Positions 54,521-64,000 of a stretch of DNA of 64,000 nt are shown in pieces (position 1 is the first letter of the stretch; every line of letters starts with the position of its first letter). The DNA is from a phage, in the NCBI GenBank assembly GCA_020773975.1, contig GCA_020773975.1_3638.1. One strand, given 5' to 3'. The notes beneath the pieces were generated by a model. The model had not been told where the DNA came from. It saw only the letters and a list, made by a program, of their open reading frames with translations, and ran no database searches. The position numbers were made by a program, and so were the translations under genes.

Positions 54521-55144
54521 TCATCGTATAATCTCGCCTCGAAAAACTGGCGCTTTCTCCTGGGGTTGCTTTGCCATGTAGTCTTTAATCCGATCATCAA
54601 CCCATTTAATACGTTCTGGGTTGGTGTGACATTTATCATTGAGGCTTTCCAACCAGTAAGCCGCTTGGTCAGCGGTGAATGGAAAATTCAATGGGCGACC
54701 CGCAGCTACGAATTGTGCTTGCATCTCCCGAAGTAAGTTATCCCTTTCTCGCCATGACCAGCGCCATTCTGCATAAGCCTTCAGATTGTTTTTCAGACCT
54801 GTCTGTTTTGAAAACTTATATCCTAGATATTCGTCAGGGTCATTAAGCCATTTCTGGTAAGCCGTGTAAAACTCATATAGTTTTTCACTTGAAACTTTTA
54901 TCTTTGTTGTCTGCATTGGTGGCAGAGGCAGATATGCCCAGTGTGTTGGTTCACACACAATACGTGTATCATCGTGGTAAGCATACTGGAATACACCTTG
55001 CCCAATATGAGCACCAACAAACATTTCTTTAGTGTCTGAACAAAACACCAACACATCTACAAAATCTGGTGGTAACTTATCGGAGCACATTACCCATGTA
55101 TCTGTGTGATGGGTTTTTAATTCCGCAAAAAATTTATTGTTCAT
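54521..55144 (-). CDS. hypothetical protein (possibly prophage DUF551-like)
   Basis: Start at internal ATG with RBS AAGGGTG; motif LPPDFVDVLVF. Confidence 0.4.
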   Translation of the reverse strand: MNNKFFAELKTHHTDTWVMCSDKLPPDFVDVLVFCSDTKEMFVGAHIGQGVFQYAYHDDTRIVCEPTHWAYLPLPPMQTTKIKVSSEKLYEFYTAYQKWLNDPDEYLGYKFSKQTGLKNNLKAYAEWRWSWRERDNLLREMQAQFVAAGRPLNFPFTADQAAYWLESLNDKCHTNPERIKWVDDRIKDYMAKQPQEKAPVFRGEIIR

Positions 55145-55337
55145 ACTTACACCCTTAAAAATAAGGAAAACAGACAGGCGACCCCAGCAAATACACTGAC
55201 ACAACTTAGAAGAATACTCCACAATCTTTTCCAGCCTTTAACAGCAGCACTTTCCGAGAATCCGCAGAGTGCCAATATGAAATTGGAAATTCCAAGAAAG
55301 GCCAGTAGTAAATTTAATAGTATATCTATCATCGGCA

Positions 55338-55694
55338 TCACCCAAACCACATTACTATCCCTAATACTACGAAAAGAAACCCAAGTAGGCAAAAGGAGGT
55401 TATTCTCTCTTTCTTTTTAAACTCTTTTGTTGGGTTGTAATTTTCCTGTTTTAATACAAGGTTCTCATCATACCAAGTAATCCGTTGCCCGTTCAGGTTA
55501 TGATACCGCTTATGAAGCTGCACAGCTTTTTTGGCAATATCTCCTGTTGGGTATGGGTTTGAGTACATGGCCTCGCCATCATCTGAAACTACTGTTTGGT
55601 TTATCGCATTACCATCGTAGTACACTTCCCAGCAGGATTTAGTTATAACCCCATCAACCATGTCTTCTATGTGGTATATATTGTACTTGCTCAT
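55338..55694 (-). CDS. C-terminally membrane-anchored protein
   Basis: Single hydrophobic segment at the C-terminus. Confidence 0.4.
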   Translation of the reverse strand: MSKYNIYHIEDMVDGVITKSCWEVYYDGNAINQTVVSDDGEAMYSNPYPTGDIAKKAVQLHKRYHNLNGQRITWYDENLVLKQENYNPTKEFKKKERITSFCLLGFLFVVLGIVMWFG

Positions 55695-56062
55695 GCGTAC
55701 TCTTTTATCTCCTGGATTGCATCTTTCGATAGCCAGCTATCAACAGGAATACTACTGAAATCTTTGTGCCACCGATGGGGCTTGTGCCCCTCCCTATGGT
55801 CAAGGGGGCATATATCCTCTGGCACTTTAAAATGAATGCCTTCGATATCGTAATAGTTTCCGTCTATAAGGGTATAGACGTGCCCTTGTATCCTGCTATA
55901 GCATATCTGTGCTTGTGGGAAAATGTGTTTAAGTACTAATGCCACTTGGTAGCACTTCCCATTCTGACCAATCCACACACTATCTACTTGTGGTGGGAAA
56001 ATATCCCTGATTTTTCTTATCAGGGATGTTATATGGTTTTCTACACAACCTGCCATACTCAT
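55691..56062 (-). CDS. hypothetical protein
   Basis: ORF. Confidence 0.4.
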   Translation of the reverse strand: MSMAGCVENHITSLIRKIRDIFPPQVDSVWIGQNGKCYQVALVLKHIFPQAQICYSRIQGHVYTLIDGNYYDIEGIHFKVPEDICPLDHREGHKPHRWHKDFSSIPVDSWLSKDAIQEIKEYA

Positions 56063-56334
56063 CGCCTTGCTTTTAGCAGTGCCTTGAAAAATTTTCTCGC
56101 TGCTTTTTCTGCCTGTCCTTTACGAGAAAACTCGTTCTCTCTGAATCTCCATTTTCCCGTATCTTCATCCTTCCAGACTTCTGCGTTAAGGAAATCAAGA
56201 ATATTATCTGGAATCAATTCAATATCCTCATCTGTAAACCAATATTTTATAGCCCCGCTATAGACTTCCCGGAGGTACTCTCTACAGTCATTACCAGAAA
56301 TCATACTTTTCCCTGATAGCTGCTCCCAGTCCAA
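56059..56334 (-). CDS. hypothetical protein
   Basis: ORF. Confidence 0.4.
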   Translation of the reverse strand: MDWEQLSGKSMISGNDCREYLREVYSGAIKYWFTDEDIELIPDNILDFLNAEVWKDEDTGKWRFRENEFSRKGQAEKAARKFFKALLKARR

Positions 56335-56476
56335 TACCGATAACTAATAATATTGCCACAGTGATCAACCAAAAGAGATAGGCATTGCCAAAAAAGGTTA
56401 TTGGAAACACAACAATAAACAAAGCAAGCAGTACGACAGGAACCCCGATACACAAATTCTTTAACACTTCCTTCAT
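56291..56476 (-). CDS. small membrane protein
   Basis: Two hydrophobic segments in 61 aa. Confidence 0.35.
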   Translation of the reverse strand: MKEVLKNLCIGVPVVLLALFIVVFPITFFGNAYLFWLITVAILLVIGIGLGAAIREKYDFW

Positions 56477-57206
56477 AATTACAAACTACCTTTTTTCTTT
56501 GGTAATGGCTTGAAACATGGGGGTAATTCACCACCTAACGACCAACGCAGCAGATTGTTATATCCAGGAAGTCTTTTTCTACCACCTTCTCCTTTATACA
56601 CCCACGGAACATGCGTAGTTTCAAACTTTCTCTCACCTGTCTTTGATTCGTACAATAGCCACATACCTAATGTGAGGGTTTCTGTGTCTGTCCAGTTTAT
56701 CTGCTACTCAGATGTGCCTATTAATTCGAAATTGTCTTTTTCTTTCTTTTTCTTAAACCATCCGAACATTATTCAATCCTCACTGATACATATCGCCATG
56801 TTCTTTTGTAGTATTCTACGGTTTCCACCAATTTGTCAAGAGGTACTCTTGTTTTCAATATCCACCAGCTACCAAGATACTCTGTAGAACATGCACTCAT
56901 CCTGCCACATATGGTATACGTTGCCACTACATCCTCCACGTTAGTTTCTGAGCGATCTCTAACAAAGCATCTATCTTGTGTATATACTCTTTCCTTTTCT
57001 CACTGCCAGGAGGGAATTGGTCTCTCGTTTGCATCAAGGTTTTTATCTCTTCAGACAGATGATTAAGGATTTCAACGCGCTCACGTTTTCGACCTAGTTG
57101 TTCAATTTCTTTATCACTACAATTCATAACACACCCTACAGTGTTGTCAAACTATGAGAGTATGATAATATATGGTGCAACAACTTACAATAGCAGGAGA
57201 CAATTT

Positions 57207-57488
57207 ATGACTGTGAAAATACCTAAAGGCGGCAGACCAGATAGAAATGCATGTGACATGCGTGTAAGGGTAGGGAGAATGTGTCTAATTTATGGAATAA
57301 CTTATCCACCAATGGTGCGACTTAATGGTAAAATATGTAAGGTCATCGACATACCAAAAGATAGAACAACACGCTTCTTGTGCAAGGTCAAAGGTGAAGA
57401 GAAGGTTTTTAACATCTCACACAAAAACCTAACAGTTTTGGATCTTAATGACAACATTGTTATCTCCAAATACCGTTGTATAAACTAA
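57207..57488 (+). CDS. hypothetical protein
   Basis: RBS AGGAGA 7 nt before ATG; followed by bidirectional terminator. Confidence 0.4.
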   Translation: MTVKIPKGGRPDRNACDMRVRVGRMCLIYGITYPPMVRLNGKICKVIDIPKDRTTRFLCKVKGEEKVFNISHKNLTVLDLNDNIVISKYRCIN

Positions 57489-57494
57489 AATAAA

Positions 57495-57519
57495 AGCCCC
57501 GCATGGGGCTTTTATTTTT
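57495..57519. terminator. bidirectional rho-independent terminator
   Basis: AGCCCC-gcat-GGGGCT with A-run upstream and T-run downstream. Confidence 0.7.
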
Positions 57520-58258
57520 ATTCAAAATCATCAACACCGCTATCGGTAAGGTTTTCTCTGCTCGAAGGTTTTGTCGAAAGAACTTGCTCAAGCAGAGAGG
57601 AAAATTTCTGCAAATTACTTACAGAAGAAGTCCCTGCTGCCATGGCAAGCATATCCACTTCTTTTTCGGTAGGTTGCGTCCAGTCTAGAAACATCTCTTT
57701 CATGTACAACGTTGATATCCCTATTGGTGTGGCGTGGTCAACCCTATCAGTACGGACCCAGAAAAGAACTTCTTTCTCTATACATACACACAAAGCAGCA
57801 CCCAACGAGTATCCTGTAACGATGGATGGATAACTTGCAACGAGGATCTCGACATTCAGGTCATCCCAGTGAAATACAACACCCAAACACTTCATATCCA
57901 CAATGTCTTCCACTGCGGGTCTTAGCTCCTCATGGGAAGAAAGGGAGTCATAGTTAATATTCTTTATGAATTTAAGAACGTCTTGGCGGTTGTAGGCACA
58001 ATCGTTATTACCTTGCTTCCAGTAGCCCCAAAATGAAGTCGATAAATTCAACCAAAAACTTGCAGTTGTCCCTAATGTCTCAGCCAGTTTTTCAGCCACA
58101 TCTTCTGATACTTCTTCCATGTTATATAGGATAGTTCTTAACTTATTTACAGGTATACCAGATCTGTCGGCAAGATCATCCACACACCAACCTAATGGAT
58201 CCAGATATTCGTGGATAATAACCTCCCCTGGTGACACTGGTGCTCTTTCTTTCTGCAT
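57518..58258 (-). CDS. XRE/HigA-family HTH protein with extra C-terminal domain
   Basis: N-terminus PGEVIIHEYLDPLGWCVDDLADRSGIPVNKLRTI...FWLNL resembles HigA antitoxin HTH; start at internal ATG with RBS AAAGGAGAGA. Confidence 0.55.
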   Translation of the reverse strand: MQKERAPVSPGEVIIHEYLDPLGWCVDDLADRSGIPVNKLRTILYNMEEVSEDVAEKLAETLGTTASFWLNLSTSFWGYWKQGNNDCAYNRQDVLKFIKNINYDSLSSHEELRPAVEDIVDMKCLGVVFHWDDLNVEILVASYPSIVTGYSLGAALCVCIEKEVLFWVRTDRVDHATPIGISTLYMKEMFLDWTQPTEKEVDMLAMAAGTSSVSNLQKFSSLLEQVLSTKPSSRENLTDSGVDDFE

Positions 58259-58311
58259 TCTCTCTCCTTTCTCTCTACCAGAAAACCCTGCAAAGCAGGG
58301 TTTTGTTACTA

Positions 58312-58515
58312 TCAGCATTTAGGCGAGCATTTATCGCACGGGCATGAAATTCCGTGGAAACACAAACCTGTTCCGTCTTTCTTGACCCCTGTTCCACCAC
58401 ATTGGGGACAACTATCGTGTAAGCATTTTGTTTTTGTTGTCTCCTCTTTATCTTTATTAAAGAGGTTTTTCATAATCATTTTCTGTTGCTCAATCGTAAA
58501 CATTTTCGTCCCCAA
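58312..58515 (-). CDS. small Cys-rich (zinc-ribbon-like) protein
   Basis: CPQCGG...C...CPCDKCSPKC. Confidence 0.35.
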   Translation of the reverse strand: MGTKMFTIEQQKMIMKNLFNKDKEETTKTKCLHDSCPQCGGTGVKKDGTGLCFHGISCPCDKCSPKC

Positions 58516-58684
58516 AATCTTTCAAGTGCTTCTACCTCTCCCATGTTTGGGAAGATACCACAGAGACTTTTATAGCCTCTTTAATACTTTTATCCCACTG
58601 ATGCGCCATTTACAGGCTTTTAAGTACCCACTACTATTGTAAAAGCCTACTCTCCGAAAGATACTGGTGAGGAACTTTTTATTT

Positions 58685-58990
58685 TTACGAATAATCTTCT
58701 TTTTCACTCAAAAACCTCGTTTCTTCAAACTGCTCTGGTGTCAATAAACTTGTTCCTACACGACTGCCATTACCACACATAATGGGCACGGCAATCATGT
58801 GGCTATCCTTTTCTGCATTAGCTGTATCAAGGTACTGCCCATAACGTTTGATAAGTCGGATACTCATTTTTGAATTAGCTAAAGCCCTTGTATTATAGAG
58901 ATAATCCTCAATGTACAAACGCAATGCGTTTGCGGATTTTAAGGATTTCGATAAGAATAATTTATTACGCCGTACCAGTTTTTTCTTCAT
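58685..58990 (-). CDS. hypothetical protein
   Basis: ORF. Confidence 0.35.
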   Translation of the reverse strand: MKKKLVRRNKLFLSKSLKSANALRLYIEDYLYNTRALANSKMSIRLIKRYGQYLDTANAEKDSHMIAVPIMCGNGSRVGTSLLTPEQFEETRFLSEKEDYS

Positions 58991-59175
58991 GCAACCCTCG
59001 CTTGTGCCTGTACATTGCTAGGGGCCATACAGAACTCACTATAAAGCATTTCCATGCCCAACCCCATGCAGTTTTTGGTGCATATACCTGCTCAAGTATT
59101 TTACTATTCTCCATCTCTGCGGTATGTACAAACCATACAGCAATATACAATGTAACTATAATGTAGATAAAGCCA

Positions 59176-60237
59176 TTAATCATTCATCTTATCCCAACAC
59201 ATTTGTTGTGCTGTCATCAAAACATCGGCAGCAAAGTTAAGATCTGTTGTTTTCGGTAAATGCGTGTTCTTGTACAGAGTGTTACGAATATAATCATCCT
59301 TCTCTTCTGCCCAAGCCAAGAGCTTCTCCAAAGACCATGCGCCATTCCTGATTGCAAGAAGCTCCTGAGCATCAGGTCTTTTTACTAAGACTTTCCCTTC
59401 CGTCAGGATTTCTTCCGCTTGACGCATCAGCCTAACCAAGTGCATACCATGCTTTGAATCGAAGCCATACTTTTCTTCTAACTCATGACGTGCTGGGTTT
59501 CTGTTTTCAACCCATGTCCAGTAGTTCTTATGCTTTTCCTTTGCTTGTTTATGCTCATCTGCCAGATATTTAACGATTAAAATTGGCTTACGTTTCTTAT
59601 CTTCGTCAGAGAACTGCTCGTATGGAACTTTACGAATAGAACCATCAGAGTTAAACAAACCAGCATTGTCGCGTGTTCCGATTACACCATAGATATTATC
59701 ACCCATGGGTAAAAAGACACACAACTTGTTAAGATCATCCAACATTTTCTGGAAGTCTTTGTGTTTTGTAAGATTATCATCCATCCACGAGTGTGTCAAG
59801 CGCATGAACTCTTTTTGTGTTGGTTGCTCTTTAGGCTGCGGGTTATTAATCCATTTATTATGGCCTTTGATACGCTTCAGTTGCGCCATCGCATACCCAG
59901 AAAAAGTAAAAGCAACTTTACTGGATAGGAGTTTTGGCGCTTGCTCGCGTAGGTACTCGTAAACATCTGAAGTTTGCAGAATGTCACTTCTATCAACAAA
60001 CATAAGCTCGATGATGTTTGGGTTCATATCAACGAACAACTTCATGTAGTTTGTTAGCTCATACAGCTTACCATCCTCTTCATCAATAAGAGTCATTTCT
60101 CTGTCAACGAAAAACGGGGTAAGAATGCTTTTAGGCTCTGCACAATAAATTCCGCGAATATCCACATCGGATGTTGGTAAGTTAGTTCCATAGGCAATGC
60201 TACCACTGTAGCAGCGCATTAGTTCTAGTTTCTTCAT
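59176..60237 (-). CDS. Pol-beta superfamily nucleotidyltransferase
   Basis: GSIAYGTNLPTSDVDIRG (GS-x9-SDxD) NTase signature. Confidence 0.5.
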   Translation of the reverse strand: MKKLELMRCYSGSIAYGTNLPTSDVDIRGIYCAEPKSILTPFFVDREMTLIDEEDGKLYELTNYMKLFVDMNPNIIELMFVDRSDILQTSDVYEYLREQAPKLLSSKVAFTFSGYAMAQLKRIKGHNKWINNPQPKEQPTQKEFMRLTHSWMDDNLTKHKDFQKMLDDLNKLCVFLPMGDNIYGVIGTRDNAGLFNSDGSIRKVPYEQFSDEDKKRKPILIVKYLADEHKQAKEKHKNYWTWVENRNPARHELEEKYGFDSKHGMHLVRLMRQAEEILTEGKVLVKRPDAQELLAIRNGAWSLEKLLAWAEEKDDYIRNTLYKNTHLPKTTDLNFAADVLMTAQQMCWDKMND

Positions 60238-60614
60238 TCTTGTACCTTTGTGCTTTTTCTTACATTATCCCAAAAATCAAGGATATTTTGGTAACGGATT
60301 TTGTCTTCCATATATTCAGCTTCATCCCGAAGATCGCACACATGTTCTATTAAGGCACACACTTCATTGTGGTATGTTGTATCACTTGTGATGTGCTTAA
60401 TCATACAAGATCCTGCTTTCCACTTTGAAAGTGAGTATCTCAGATTATCATCTTTCTCTGTTGGAAAAGCATCAACTAGCACCTTTGCCCTATTCCCTTG
60501 TATCGTTTGTATTGTTCCTTGGCGCAACTCGTTTCCACCCCAATAGATAAACACAGTATCACCAACAAATAATCTAGTTCCACTTGCGTCTCTCATTTTA
60601 TGCCTCCAACCCAA
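60234..60614 (-). CDS. hypothetical protein
   Basis: ORF, 4-nt overlap with downstream gene. Confidence 0.4.
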   Translation of the reverse strand: MGWRHKMRDASGTRLFVGDTVFIYWGGNELRQGTIQTIQGNRAKVLVDAFPTEKDDNLRYSLSKWKAGSCMIKHITSDTTYHNEVCALIEHVCDLRDEAEYMEDKIRYQNILDFWDNVRKSTKVQE

Positions 60615-60942
60615 AGAAATAATAAATTGTTACCGCTGCAAAGTAAAGTGTTTTGGAAATCAGCCGTAACCAACAATCTCTGTTTGTATACACTTTTCCT
60701 GCTAAGATATTACTACCTGTTACGATATGTCCCCACACCCACACACCAAACAGGAATCCTCCTAGCAAACCCCCTGTTGGTGGTGTTAATGTGGTAATCA
60801 TTGCAATACCTTCTAGGATGGTGAATATGAAGAAATATGAGAATGCCTCTCTTACACATTTTATTCCTTTGCCAGTAACGCAGGTATTGACTAAACCTAT
60901 AAGACAAAAGATCGTCCAAAGTACATACAATGTATAAACCAT
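60598..60942 (-). CDS. membrane protein
   Basis: Multiple hydrophobic segments. Confidence 0.4.
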   Translation of the reverse strand: MVYTLYVLWTIFCLIGLVNTCVTGKGIKCVREAFSYFFIFTILEGIAMITTLTPPTGGLLGGFLFGVWVWGHIVTGSNILAGKVYTNRDCWLRLISKTLYFAAVTIYYFFGLEA

Positions 60943-61007
60943 AAACCACTTAACCCCGAGAATGTTAACCTCTCCAACCCTATCAGAGAGGTTTCAGAAA
61001 TGATCTG

Positions 61008-61418
61008 TTACTCACCTTTCAGCTTAAAACTTTTCAATGTTTTGATAAAGTTTTTCTCTGCTGGTGTGTAAGTGTGAACGAAACCTGTTTCTTCACAGGT
61101 GTAGGTATCATTAACCTCCATTGCGTGTGGAGGGATAAATGCACCATCAGGAACAGACTTATATTCCGGGTTGTAGATAAATTCCGGCAGTACAACAGCT
61201 ACAGCAGTCATTGCTCCGTTCAAGGCTTTCTTTTCTTCACGCCACCACGCTACTGGGTAAGTCTCTAAAGACATTGCCTGGGTAAGAAAATCTTCAAGCA
61301 CGGACTGATAACCGCCATTCAAAACAATAATGGTCTTATCTTCTTCTTTCCAGCATTTCAGCCAATGGTGTGCAGTGATCTGCTCTGGTGTATATGCTTC
61401 ACCACTATGCAAAACCAT
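61008..61418 (-). CDS. hypothetical protein
   Basis: ORF. Confidence 0.4.
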   Translation of the reverse strand: MVLHSGEAYTPEQITAHHWLKCWKEEDKTIIVLNGGYQSVLEDFLTQAMSLETYPVAWWREEKKALNGAMTAVAVVLPEFIYNPEYKSVPDGAFIPPHAMEVNDTYTCEETGFVHTYTPAEKNFIKTLKSFKLKGE

Positions 61419-61496
61419 AAGCTCTGCAATGGCGTGTGCTGATTGGATACCCGCATGGATACCGGAGATATATTGATTAACAATACATTCTTGTTT

Positions 61497-61715
61497 TCAT
61501 TTTTGTTTTTTCCTCAGAATTATTCTATCTTCACTAAAAATTTCCTGTAACCCAGCAGCAATCAGAGCAAATATTGCTACCCACCATACAACTAACAGGA
61601 GTGCCCCAACAAGCAAATCTCTACCTGTGATCTGTTGCTCAATCCTGTAGGTAAAAATAAAGAAAGCTACGGATACTAAAGCACCAACAAAGAAGTAGAT
61701 AAACACTTCAGTCAT
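61497..61715 (-). CDS. small membrane protein
   Basis: Two hydrophobic segments. Confidence 0.35.
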   Translation of the reverse strand: MTEVFIYFFVGALVSVAFFIFTYRIEQQITGRDLLVGALLLVVWWVAIFALIAAGLQEIFSEDRIILRKKQK

Positions 61716-62043
61716 TATCTCTTTTCTCCAAATCCCGTTTCTCCAAGTATCCTTTTACCATAAGTGCTACAGCGTAAATCCCCACAAGACAAATACAAAA
61801 TGTGAAAATAATAGGTAAAACCATTACCGCAAACATCATAAATAGCGGTCCTGCAACAGTAATGAATGCTTCTCCAAGCAACAGCAAAAATACTACATAT
61901 TTATTTGCCGTCTCATCCACCTTCTTAAGATACACACCTAAACACACAGAAGACAACAGGAATGACAGAATGGACAGCAATAGATACCAATTATCAATAA
62001 AGATGATAATTGGACCAGCAACATTTTCTAACCACCACATCAT
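61708..62043 (-). CDS. membrane protein
   Basis: Three hydrophobic segments. Confidence 0.4.
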   Translation of the reverse strand: MMWWLENVAGPIIIFIDNWYLLLSILSFLLSSVCLGVYLKKVDETANKYVVFLLLLGEAFITVAGPLFMMFAVMVLPIIFTFCICLVGIYAVALMVKGYLEKRDLEKRDND

Positions 62044-62057
62044 ATATACTTACCTCT

Positions 62058-63302
62058 TTAGAATAACATATCTCTGCTGATTGCTTTACGAATAGCATCA
62101 ATACGGGCTACTCGCACAGCTTCACCAATCTCTTTACCCTTCTTACCCTTTTCCAGAAGGGGTTTTGTTATAGCTTTAGAATCAACTTTTGTCATAGCGT
62201 CGTAGGCTTCCAACAAAAAATGACCTTGAAGATAAGGTTTATGTCTAAAATCACCACCTCTTCCTTTAGCATCACAATAACACGCATCTGCAAGTGTGTA
62301 AACCTTCATTTTCTGGTCAGCTTGTCCAGCAGCTTCAAATATTTTCATGATGCTTTTTGGTTTCAAACCGTTGTTACCATCTCTGGGAGAGATGGTGTGC
62401 ACTTTTGTGTGATTTTCTGCAACATATTTTGCCGTGTCACGATAGATATTATAAATCTTCAACCTTTCACACAAGGATTGGATAACATCTACCCCAGCTT
62501 TCTCATGACCATGAAGATTACCATTGTCCTTGTAAGTTATAGCTTTGCCAAAATCATGGCACAGCACAGCAAACTTGGTCAGTGGATCAGCTTCTAATTC
62601 ATCAGCAACCCGTAACGCTAGAATTGTATGGGTGTAAGCATCCCCCTCTGGGTGATGTTCTTTAGGTTGTTGCACACGACGTAGGGCTTCCAGTTCAGGA
62701 AGTTCGCCAATACGTCCCATATTGACAGCAAAAGACCTGAAATAACCACTCTTTAAGGCTTTCAACATTTCCTTCCATTTACGATAGGCGCTTATTTCTG
62801 CCAAAGAGTGTCGGTTGTCATAAGCCAGTTTAAAAGTTTCTGGATGGATATGCCATTCTTCCCCAAGCTGGGCTTTAAATCTAAACAGGCGTAGAATACG
62901 TAATGGATCTTCAATAAACGCCTCCGATGTATGACGTAATGTTTTAAGTCCTAAGTCAACCTGACCACCAAAAGGATCAATAATCTCACCACTGTCAACA
63001 TCCATCGCCATGGAGTTGATGGTAAGATCTCTACGTGCCAAATCCTCTTCCAGAGTTACATCTGGACTAAAGCATACCTCAAATCCTTTATGGCCTTCGC
63101 CTGTTTTTCTTTCTGTGCGTGCAAGAGCGTACTCTTCTTTTGTTTCTGGGTGAAGATAAACTGGAAAAGATGCGCCAACTTGTGTGAACCCTCTTTTCAG
63201 CATCTCTTCATGCGTAGCACCAACAACCACATAATCACGGTCTGATATTTCACGACCTAACAATTTATCTCTTACTGCGCCACCTACCAAGTATACCTTC
63301 AT
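62058..63302 (-). CDS. cca: tRNA nucleotidyltransferase (class II CCA-adding enzyme) with HD domain
   Basis: MKVYLVGGAVRDKLLGR...DRD head domain; FPVYLHPETKEEYALARTERK; HD motif HHPEGDAYTHT...CHDFGK; near-colinear with E. coli Cca from memory. Confidence 0.85.
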   Translation of the reverse strand: MKVYLVGGAVRDKLLGREISDRDYVVVGATHEEMLKRGFTQVGASFPVYLHPETKEEYALARTERKTGEGHKGFEVCFSPDVTLEEDLARRDLTINSMAMDVDSGEIIDPFGGQVDLGLKTLRHTSEAFIEDPLRILRLFRFKAQLGEEWHIHPETFKLAYDNRHSLAEISAYRKWKEMLKALKSGYFRSFAVNMGRIGELPELEALRRVQQPKEHHPEGDAYTHTILALRVADELEADPLTKFAVLCHDFGKAITYKDNGNLHGHEKAGVDVIQSLCERLKIYNIYRDTAKYVAENHTKVHTISPRDGNNGLKPKSIMKIFEAAGQADQKMKVYTLADACYCDAKGRGGDFRHKPYLQGHFLLEAYDAMTKVDSKAITKPLLEKGKKGKEIGEAVRVARIDAIRKAISRDMLF

Positions 63303-63571
63303 TTCTTCGCCCACGTATTCATATAATTAACAATATCTTTTACGGTTCTCTTTCCGTCCAGTGGATAAACCATGTCATCGCTCATCCCACCGTGTTTTAG
63401 CATTGCTACCAGTCTAGTATATACCTCTTTTGGTCTTTTGCAAGTTCTTTTCTTCCATTTATGACCGTCTGGGAAGTACTCCTTATCTTCAAGAGAGATA
63501 TGAAGGATGTCCCCTATAAACTCTTTAGCCTGTGTGCTGTAAAGTGGACGGTGGAATATGTAGAATTTCAT
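63299..63571 (-). CDS. hypothetical protein
   Basis: Start at internal ATG (MKFYIFHRP...); 4-nt overlap with cca start. Confidence 0.35.
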   Translation of the reverse strand: MKFYIFHRPLYSTQAKEFIGDILHISLEDKEYFPDGHKWKKRTCKRPKEVYTRLVAMLKHGGMSDDMVYPLDGKRTVKDIVNYMNTWAKK

Positions 63572-63660
63572 TGCTTGCTCCTTTGTTGTAATAACAATAT
63601 CAGTGCAAGCCACCTGTGTCAACACATAAAGAAAAACCCGCTAAAAAGCGGGTTAATCTC

Positions 63661-63942
63661 TTACCATGTTACAAATATGTTTATAGATGTGCCTTGTTTT
63701 GTTGGTCGATAGCTAATAATATCTACCGTGAAGCCACCACCACGAAGATCGCCAACAATATGAGGCAGGTAATCACCCATTTCCTCCGGGAACTGTAGTG
63801 ACATACCCATTCCAAATAGACCTTTCTTTGCACATTGGCTGATCCCGTTTACTATCTGGTCGTACAGTTCCACCAGAGATTTTGGGGTATCCTTTTTCGA
63901 CTTGTTCGCTATCTCTCTCATTTTGCTGGCGACATTTGCCAT
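63661..63942 (-). CDS. hypothetical protein
   Basis: ORF. Confidence 0.4.
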   Translation of the reverse strand: MANVASKMREIANKSKKDTPKSLVELYDQIVNGISQCAKKGLFGMGMSLQFPEEMGDYLPHIVGDLRGGGFTVDIISYRPTKQGTSINIFVTW

Positions 63943-64000
63943 CTTTACCTCTTAAAAAATAGAAAGGCTTCAAATTAAGGGTGTTCTTTTTGTCCCACAC

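Noticed and set aside
56510-56887. 125-aa plus-strand ORF in the rightward accessory block
   Set aside because: Low-complexity sequence antisense to a region of small minus-strand genes, with no RBS.
57207-58258. A HigB-HigA toxin-antitoxin pair
   Set aside because: Only the HigA-like HTH is present; the convergent neighbour has no RelE/HigB-like motifs and the genes are separated by a bidirectional terminator, so they are not an operon.

Overview
This 64-kb window looks like part of a virulent tailed dsDNA phage genome. Gene content (rIIA/rIIB, free-standing homing endonucleases, family-A polymerase, T7 gp4-like primase-helicase, CCA-adding enzyme) suggests a Felix-O1-like or related enterobacterial myovirus, but that is a guess. 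Layout: 1-6731 (+) tail-fibre module; 6917-36019 (-) long leftward block with replication, lysis and accessory genes; 36125-39299 (+) HNH / Lar-like / metallopeptidase-vWA island; 39300-40020 AT-rich, repeat- and hairpin-dense control region; 40041-50506 (+) about 20 small early-type genes behind strong sigma70-like promoters; 50568-52047 a 1.5-kb non-coding locus with nested inverted repeats; 52048-53508 (+) GIY-YIG/T5orf172-like endonuclease; 53542-63942 (-) accessory block with a HigA-like regulator, a Pol-beta-type nucleotidyltransferase and a class II CCA-adding enzyme. The strongest single observations are a 318-nt group I intron splitting the DNA polymerase gene at motif C and a LAGLIDADG intein inside the primase-helicase. 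I found no rRNA, no convincing tRNA and no CRISPR array. All calls come from motifs read by eye in the supplied translations and sequence; no database search, covariance model or composition calculation was run, so GC statements are impressions.
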